This document shows, piece after piece, positions 16,819 to 24,353 of a DNA stretch of 24,353 nucleotides. How positions within the stretch are numbered: the first letter of the stretch is position 1; each line of letters begins with the position of its first letter. Both the position numbers and the translations under genes were made by a program. Location: assembly GCA_017520365.1 (NCBI GenBank), contig JAFXFQ010000030.1, positions 1-24,353 on the forward strand, given 5' to 3'. The notes beneath the pieces were generated by a model that ran no database searches, was not told where the DNA came from, and saw only the letters and a list, made by a program, of their open reading frames with translations. Origin of the DNA: Clostridia bacterium. GTDB taxonomy: Bacteria > Bacillota > Clostridia > Oscillospirales > CAG-272.

Positions 16819-17331
16819 ATGCAAAGCTTAGACGTAATTTCGGTCAATATATGGCAGATGGCGGCATCCCTTGCCAATCTTGTTCTGCTGTTTTTGATCG
16901 TTAAAAAATTTCTTTATAAGCCTGTCAAGAATATGCTTAACGAGCGTCGCAGCGCCATCGACAATGACTACAAGGATGCTGCCGATGCAAAGGAAAAGGC
17001 TGTTTCTGATATGAAGGCGTATGAGGAAAAGCTCAGCGGTGCCGCCGATGAGGCGAGTGCTATTCTCAAGGGCGCTGTTGACGTTGCAAAGTCGAGAGAA
17101 AAAGAGATCATCGACGGTGCAAACGAAAAGGCGCGAGGAATAATCAAGAGAGCCGAGGCAGATGCGCTTCTCGAAAAGCAGAAGGCAAGAGAGGATATAA
17201 AGAGAGAAATCGTCGAGGTTTCCACTCTGCTTTCCGAAAAAATGCTGGGCAGAGAGATCTCCGCAGATGACCACAGGGATCTTATTGATTCTTTCATAGA
17301 AGGAATAGGTAACGGCGATGAGGCAAACTGA
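16819..17331 (+). CDS. atpF: F0 subunit b
   Basis: N-terminal TM (NLVLLFLIVKKFLYKPV) followed by a charged coiled coil. Confidence 0.93.
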   Translation: MQSLDVISVNIWQMAASLANLVLLFLIVKKFLYKPVKNMLNERRSAIDNDYKDAADAKEKAVSDMKAYEEKLSGAADEASAILKGAVDVAKSREKEIIDGANEKARGIIKRAEADALLEKQKAREDIKREIVEVSTLLSEKMLGREISADDHRDLIDSFIEGIGNGDEAN

Positions 17332-17857
17332 TAAAGAGTATGCCGAGGCGCTTTTTGAGCTGTGCGCTGAGGAGGGCACTCTTTCCGAGTGCCTAGCGGA
17401 CGTCAAGGACGTCACAGAGCTTTTCAAAGCCTATCCCGAATATGTAAGCCTTCTTTCCTCTCCCGCCGTGCCCCTTTCCGAGAGGCTTTTGGCAATCGAT
17501 GAGGCGTTCGGCGAGAGAATGACACCATATACCGTATATTTTCTGAAGCTTCTTTGTGAAAAAGGCAGAATTGACCTCTTTTTCGAAATTTCAGAGGAGT
17601 TTCAGTGCCTCTATCTTCAGTATACGGGCCGTACGACGGCATACGTTACCTCTGCGGCAGAGCTTTCCGATGAGCAGAAGGCTGCTCTCGTGAAAAAGCT
17701 TTCCCAAAGTGAGAATAAGGAAATAGACGCAGTTTACTCTGTAGACCCGTCCCTTATGGGTGGAGTTAAGGTAGAGGTCGGAGGCAAGGTGTATGACGGT
17801 AGCATTAAGCGCCGTATCCGAGATGTAAAGGAAGTGATGATGGATGAACAGACCTGA
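17318..17857 (+). CDS. atpH: F1 subunit delta
   Basis: [22 protein letters not shown]...YDGSI. Confidence 0.93.
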   Translation: MRQTDKEYAEALFELCAEEGTLSECLADVKDVTELFKAYPEYVSLLSSPAVPLSERLLAIDEAFGERMTPYTVYFLKLLCEKGRIDLFFEISEEFQCLYLQYTGRTTAYVTSAAELSDEQKAALVKKLSQSENKEIDAVYSVDPSLMGGVKVEVGGKVYDGSIKRRIRDVKEVMMDEQT

Positions 17858-19337
17858 CGAGATCAGTAACATCATTAAAACTCAAATAAAAAACTATAAA
17901 GCTAAGATAGAAATGACGGAAACGGGCAAGGTTATCCTCGTTGGTGACGGTATTGCCAGAGTTTTCGGCCTTCGAAGCTGTATGGCTAATGAGCTTCTCG
18001 AATTTGAGGGAGGCTCCTTCGGTGTTGCACAGAATTTGGAGGACGAAACTGTTTCCGTTGCGATCCTTTCCGATAAAAATGATATCAAGGAGGGTACCGC
18101 CGTACACAGAACGGGCAAGGTAGTCTCAGTCCCTGTAGGTGAGGGACTTCTCGGCAGAGTTGTCAACGCACTCGGTGAGCCTATCGACGGAAAGGGCCCA
18201 ATTACCTATGCAGGCACCCGCCCCATTGAATCTGAGGCACCCGGTATAATCGAGAGAAAGAGCGTTTGCGTTCCTTTGCAGACAGGCATCAAGGCTATCG
18301 ACAGTATGATCCCTATCGGCCGCGGTCAGCGAGAGCTTATTATCGGCGACAGACAGACGGGTAAGACGGAGATCGCCATCGATACCATTATCAATCAGAA
18401 AAACACGGGCGTTATCTGCATCTATGTGGCAATCGGTCAGAAGAGCACCTCCGTTGCTCAGCTGGCAGGCGAGCTTATCAGAAACGGTGCTATGGATTAC
18501 ACCATCATCGTTTCCGCAAGTGCCGCAGAAAGCGCGCCTCTTCAGTATATCGCCCCCTACAGTGGTTGCGCTATGGCTGAATATTTCAGGGAAAAGGGAA
18601 AGGACGTTCTTATTATTTACGATGACCTTTCAAAGCACGCGGTGGCATACCGTGCACTTTCCCTTCTCATCCGCCGTCCCCCCGGCAGAGAGGCTTATCC
18701 CGGCGACGTGTTCTATCTTCACTCCCGCCTTCTTGAGAGGGCAGCCTGTGTTGCTGATGAATACGGCGGAGGAAGCATCACAGCCCTCCCCATTATCGAA
18801 ACTCAGGCAGGCGACGTTTCCGCTTATATTCCCACCAACGTTATATCCATAACAGACGGACAGATATTCCTTGAAACAGAGCTTTTCCACTCAGGAATCA
18901 TGCCTGCCATAAACCCCGGTATATCAGTCAGCCGAGTAGGCGGCTCTGCCCAGCTCAAGGGCATGAAGAAGGTGGCGGGAGAGCTCAAGCTTCTCTATTC
19001 ACAGTACAGAGAGCTTCAGTCCTTTGCCCAGTTCGGAAGTGACCTTGATGCGGATACAAAGGCCCGCCTTGCTCTCGGTGAGAGAATCGTTGAGGTACTG
19101 AAGCAGGGCAGAAATGCTCCCGTTCGTGTGGGATGCCAGGTGGCAATCGTTTATGCTGCCATCAAGGGTTATCTTGACAGCGTTGCGGTAAAGGAAGTTC
19201 ACAGCTACGAGGCAGAGCTTTTCGCACTTATTGAAAATAAATATTCCGCATGGCTCGAAAGAGTCGAGGCAGGAAAGTGGGATAGCGAGGACGAGGAGGC
19301 CCTTCGTCAGATCCTTTCCGATATGAAGGTCGGTTAA
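17844..19337 (+). CDS. atpA: F1 subunit alpha
   Basis: [15 protein letters not shown] Walker [31 protein letters not shown]. Confidence 0.98.
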   Translation: MNRPDEISNIIKTQIKNYKAKIEMTETGKVILVGDGIARVFGLRSCMANELLEFEGGSFGVAQNLEDETVSVAILSDKNDIKEGTAVHRTGKVVSVPVGEGLLGRVVNALGEPIDGKGPITYAGTRPIESEAPGIIERKSVCVPLQTGIKAIDSMIPIGRGQRELIIGDRQTGKTEIAIDTIINQKNTGVICIYVAIGQKSTSVAQLAGELIRNGAMDYTIIVSASAAESAPLQYIAPYSGCAMAEYFREKGKDVLIIYDDLSKHAVAYRALSLLIRRPPGREAYPGDVFYLHSRLLERAACVADEYGGGSITALPIIETQAGDVSAYIPTNVISITDGQIFLETELFHSGIMPAINPGISVSRVGGSAQLKGMKKVAGELKLLYSQYRELQSFAQFGSDLDADTKARLALGERIVEVLKQGRNAPVRVGCQVAIVYAAIKGYLDSVAVKEVHSYEAELFALIENKYSAWLERVEAGKWDSEDEEALRQILSDMKVG

Positions 19338-19340
19338 GCT

Positions 19341-20144
19341 ATGGCAGGAAATACAAAAGCTCTTCGCTCCCGTATCAAGAGCGTTACTTCCACTCTGCAG
19401 CTTACGAAGGCAATGGAGCTTGTGGCATCATCAAAGATACGCCGTGCAAACGAGGGGATGCAAAAGGGTAGAGAGTATGCCCGCGCTCTCGAGAGCACCG
19501 TATCCCTTCTTAGGGGTGACGGTGACTGCCTGAAGAGTCCTTATATGCAAAAGCGAGAGACCGGCAGAACCCGCATAGTGATAATCGCAGGAGACCGCGG
19601 CCTTGCAGGAGGATATAACGCTAACGTTTTCCGCCTTGCAAAGGAGTTCCCCGAGGCCGAGTTCATACCCGTGGGTAAGCGTGCGTGTGAGCGCTTCGGC
19701 AAGGAGATCAACTCCAGCGAACGCTTCTCCTTTGCGGATGCATTAGCTCTTTCCGGCACTCTTTGCCGCGATTTTGCAGAGGGCGAGTTTGATCGCCTCG
19801 GCATTATTTGGACAAAATACGTTTCCGTTATGACTCAGGAGGCAACGGTAACGTGGCTTCTGCCCTTTGAGAAGAATGAAAGCGGCACAAAGTCTCTTGT
19901 TACCTTTGAGCCGGATTGCCTTACCGTGCTCAACAATATAACGAGAGAATACGTGGCGGGAATGATGACGGTTCTTGCCCGAGAAAGCTTTGCCAGCGAG
20001 GTCGCCGCGAGAAGAATGGCTATGGACTCCGCAGGTAAGAATGCAAGACAGATGATAGATGACCTTCAGCTTGAGTATAACCGTGCCCGTCAGGGTGCCA
20101 TTACTCAGGAGATAACAGAGATCGTTGCCGGAAGCGGCGAATGA
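19341..20144 (+). CDS. atpG: F1 subunit gamma (compact, 267 aa)
   Basis: RIKSVTSTLQLTKAMELVA, GDRGLAGGYN, RRMAMDSA, YNRARQGAITQEITEIVAG. Confidence 0.96.
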   Translation: MAGNTKALRSRIKSVTSTLQLTKAMELVASSKIRRANEGMQKGREYARALESTVSLLRGDGDCLKSPYMQKRETGRTRIVIIAGDRGLAGGYNANVFRLAKEFPEAEFIPVGKRACERFGKEINSSERFSFADALALSGTLCRDFAEGEFDRLGIIWTKYVSVMTQEATVTWLLPFEKNESGTKSLVTFEPDCLTVLNNITREYVAGMMTVLARESFASEVAARRMAMDSAGKNARQMIDDLQLEYNRARQGAITQEITEIVAGSGE

Positions 20145-21826
<1,682 letters not shown>

Positions 21827-21828
21827 AT

Positions 21829-21871
21829 AAAGCGACCCCACCTTTATTTTCTAAAGGTGGGGTCGCTTTTT
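21829..21871. terminator. Bidirectional terminator between atpC and the convergent cysteine desulfurase
   Basis: AAAGCGACCCCACCTTTA-loop-TAAAGGTGGGGTCGCTTT plus T tract. Confidence 0.88.
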
Positions 21872-21891
21872 GGATTATTTAAAACAGTCTG

Positions 21892-23049
21892 CTATTTTTC
21901 GATCTTTGCAAGGCGTCCGATACCGTTTTTCAAAGCATCGGCAAAGGTAACGATCTCGTTCTCGGTGTTGAGATGGCCAATGCTGACACGAACGGAGCAG
22001 TCGGCCTCTCTTTCAGTAATGCCGAAGGCCAAAAGCGCTCGGCTCACACCCTTGCCCCTTGCGGAGCAGGCGCTTCCCGCACTTATGCAAATTCCTTCAC
22101 CGGAGAGGTAGTTCAGCATGGTCTCGCTTTTTATGTTGGGCAGGGTCAGATTTGCGATGCAGTCAAGACCGTTTGGCGGGCGATTTATGCGAACTGCGTC
22201 TCCAAGCTCGGCCTCAAGTCGCCGACGGAGGGCGCTTAGCTTCTCGGCACGCTCACCGAAGGCCTTCATACCCTCTGTTGCCGCAACGCCGAAGGCCGCA
22301 ATGGCGGGAACGTTCTCTGTTCCGGAGCGGAAGCCGCTTTCCTGACCGCCGCCGAGGATTACGGGAACGAGTCGCTTTGCACGAATGACCTCAGCTGTCA
22401 CCGCAAGAGCGCCTACACCCTTGGGTGCATTTATTTTGTGGCCGCTGACCGAAACTGCATCGGCACCGAGGCTTTTCAAGGTGAATTTTGTTTTCAGATA
22501 TCCTTGAACGGCATCGCAGTGGATGAAAGCCTTGGGGGCGTGCTCTCTCACTATTGCCGCTGCTGCGGGAAAATCGTAAAGCGCTCCGGTTTCGTTGTTT
22601 ACAAGCATAAACGAGGCAAGAACGGTGGTCCTGTCGCAGTTCTTTTTCAAAAATTCGAGGTCGATAGCGCCGCCGACTGTAGGAACGCGGTATACGTCAA
22701 AGCCTCGGGATTCAAGCCTTGCCGCACATTCCCAAACGGAGGGATGCTCGGAATCGGTGATAAACACCTTTCCGCCACCGCTTCTGTCCTTTGCATCAAT
22801 GCTACCGAATATGGCAAGGTTGTTTGCCTCACTTCCCCCTGCTGTGAATATTACCTGACCGTCCTGAGGGCGGCGGATGCCGAGAGAAAGGCCGACGGCG
22901 TTTCTTGCCTCTGAGAGAAGCTTGTTTGCCGCATTTCCCATGGCGTGAACGGAGCCTGCGTTACCGTAAGAGACGGATAAAGCCTCTCTCATTTTTTCGA
23001 GAGAGGCCTCAGAGGGCATTGTTGTTGCACTGTTATCCAGATATATCAT
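21892..23049 (-). CDS. iscS: Cysteine desulfurase, NifS/IscS type (class I)
   Basis: MIYLDNSATT, MLVNNETG, HCDAVQ, SGHKI (PLP Lys), ISAGSACS (catalytic Cys). The symbol denotes the family; the physiological partner is unknown. Confidence 0.9.
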   Translation of the reverse strand: MIYLDNSATTMPSEASLEKMREALSVSYGNAGSVHAMGNAANKLLSEARNAVGLSLGIRRPQDGQVIFTAGGSEANNLAIFGSIDAKDRSGGGKVFITDSEHPSVWECAARLESRGFDVYRVPTVGGAIDLEFLKKNCDRTTVLASFMLVNNETGALYDFPAAAAIVREHAPKAFIHCDAVQGYLKTKFTLKSLGADAVSVSGHKINAPKGVGALAVTAEVIRAKRLVPVILGGGQESGFRSGTENVPAIAAFGVAATEGMKAFGERAEKLSALRRRLEAELGDAVRINRPPNGLDCIANLTLPNIKSETMLNYLSGEGICISAGSACSARGKGVSRALLAFGITEREADCSVRVSIGHLNTENEIVTFADALKNGIGRLAKIEK

Positions 23050-23056
23050 TGCTCTA

Positions 23057-23590
23057 TCACTTATCAAATCGGAACGCTTCAACGATCATTGTACGCTCCT
23101 CAAGATGCTTTTCGTTGTATTCGGTGGGTGAGGTATATGTGAGATAATAAACGTAGAAGTCCTTGATGACGGCGGTAATGATAAAGTTGTACTCAGTGCC
23201 GCCGTTCTTGCCTGTGAAGGTGAACTCCTTGCCGTCAACACCGCCGAGGCGTGCCTTTGTGACAGCAACCTTTGACATTTCGGTGCAGATATTGGAAAGA
23301 TCGTTTTCAAAGGTTTTCCACCAGTCCTCAACTGTTGCAATATCGCCAGCAATGGCGTGAGCTGTGGCGGAGATGTTTGTCTTGTCAGTTCTGCCGGGGT
23401 AGTATGCGCTTGTGAAAAGGTCGTTTCGGTCTACCTCCCATGCTGTGGGAACGTACATGCTGTAATCAACGTTGTTTCCGGAGGCCTTTTTCATTCCATC
23501 GGGAGCTTTTTCATCGTTTTTCTTTGCGCATCCTGCAAAGACCGCTAGGCACATACAAAGAACGAGCAAAAGTGAAATTATTCTTTTCAT
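23057..23590 (-). CDS. Lipoprotein, PsbP/DcrB-like fold suspected
   Basis: MKR + hydrophobic stretch + lipobox FAG|C; YSMYVPTAW, LGGVDG, YYLTYTS pattern recalls Mog1p/PsbP-like proteins (fold is inference). Confidence 0.72.
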   Translation of the reverse strand: MKRIISLLLVLCMCLAVFAGCAKKNDEKAPDGMKKASGNNVDYSMYVPTAWEVDRNDLFTSAYYPGRTDKTNISATAHAIAGDIATVEDWWKTFENDLSNICTEMSKVAVTKARLGGVDGKEFTFTGKNGGTEYNFIITAVIKDFYVYYLTYTSPTEYNEKHLEERTMIVEAFRFDK

Positions 23591-23604
23591 AATCATACCT
23601 CTAA

Positions 23605-24102
23605 TCAATTCATATCAATACCGACCGTGCCGGAATGGATGACCTCAACGTCACCGAAAAGCTCAAAGGAGCGGAGAGCGGCATTAAGCTGTGCGCTGTC
23701 GCCTGCAACCTCTACTACCACGCTCTTTTTGCCAACGCCTGCGCTTCGGCAGCCGATAAGGGAGCAGACATTCAGTATCTCCACTCTCTTTTCAGGGTCA
23801 TCGCAGGGAACTCGGATGAGGACCATCTCGCGGGAGACAAACTCCCAGTCCTCGCCGCCATCGCACTTGACGTCGATAACCTCCATACACCGCTCAAGCT
23901 GGCGGGCAAGAAGCTCAACATCGTCATCCGTTCCGATAACGGTAACTGTAATGTGATATACCTTCGGGTCCTCGGTCATACCTGTAACAAGGCTTTCAAT
24001 GTTGTATCCCCGTCTTGTAAACAGACCGGTAATCCGTGAAAGAACGCCGGGGCGGTTGTCAACCTTGACCATTATAAGGTGCTTTGTTTCCTTTGGCGCC
24101 AT
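23605..24102 (-). CDS. ilvN: Acetolactate synthase small (regulatory) subunit
   Basis: ACT motif DNRPGVLSRITGLFTRRGYNIESL, SREMVLIRV, C-terminal EVIHSGTVGI; RBS AAGGAGG. Confidence 0.9.
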   Translation of the reverse strand: MAPKETKHLIMVKVDNRPGVLSRITGLFTRRGYNIESLVTGMTEDPKVYHITVTVIGTDDDVELLARQLERCMEVIDVKCDGGEDWEFVSREMVLIRVPCDDPEKRVEILNVCSLIGCRSAGVGKKSVVVEVAGDSAQLNAALRSFELFGDVEVIHSGTVGIDMN

Positions 24103-24129
24103 GGCGTCCTCCTTGATGATTTTTCAGAT

Positions 24130-24353
24130 TTAGTCGTAGATGGGGTACTTTTCGCAAATAGCTGTTACAGCCTGGCGGATGTAGTCAGCCTTTGCATCAA
24201 AATCGGTGGCTGTGAGAGTGATAAGCTCTGCAAGAACCTTCATATCCTCAGTGCCGAGGCCTCTGGAGGTCACAGCGGGAGTACCGATACGGATACCGCT
24301 TGTAACGAAGGGCTTTTCGGGGTCGTTGGGGATAGCGTTTTTGTTAACGGTTA
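24130..24353 (-). CDS. glyA: Serine hydroxymethyltransferase, C-terminal fragment (truncated by window edge; absent from the ORF track)
   Basis: Hand translation: [31 protein letters not shown]...KYPIYD*, stop TAA at 24132-24130. Confidence 0.95.
   Translation of the reverse strand, partial: TVNKNAIPNDPEKPFVTSGIRIGTPAVTSRGLGTEDMKVLAELITLTATDFDAKADYIRQAVTAICEKYPIYD

Overview
A 24.4 kb chromosomal window, mostly housekeeping genes, probably from an uncultured Clostridia-like Firmicute (inferred from sigmaA-type promoters, a dockerin and gene content). In order: two tandem 5S rRNA copies and tRNA-Asn(GTT); a palindrome-rich spacer; an 823-aa secreted dockerin protein with an AT-rich 5' half; a lysine-riboswitch-controlled dapA-dapB-lysA operon (minus strand); a co-directional run DUF2079-radC-like-rimM-trmD-three paralogous alpha/beta-hydrolases-GH1 beta-glucosidase; a complete F1Fo operon atpIBEFHAGDC whose c subunit has a Na+-type two-carboxylate motif; and a minus-strand run glyA(partial)-ilvN-lipoprotein-cysteine desulfurase. 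I found no CRISPR array, transposase, integrase, phage or recognisable defence gene, and I cannot support a clearly new multi-gene system here. The most unusual signals are (i) a ~175-185 bp modular palindromic element in two inverted copies bracketing the DUF2079-to-GH1 unit, with compensatory stem changes, (ii) ACG at the position where the dapA start codon is expected, (iii) the uncharacterised modules of the dockerin protein and (iv) the Na+-type, epsilon-truncated ATP synthase. All family calls come from motif recognition by eye; no database search was run.
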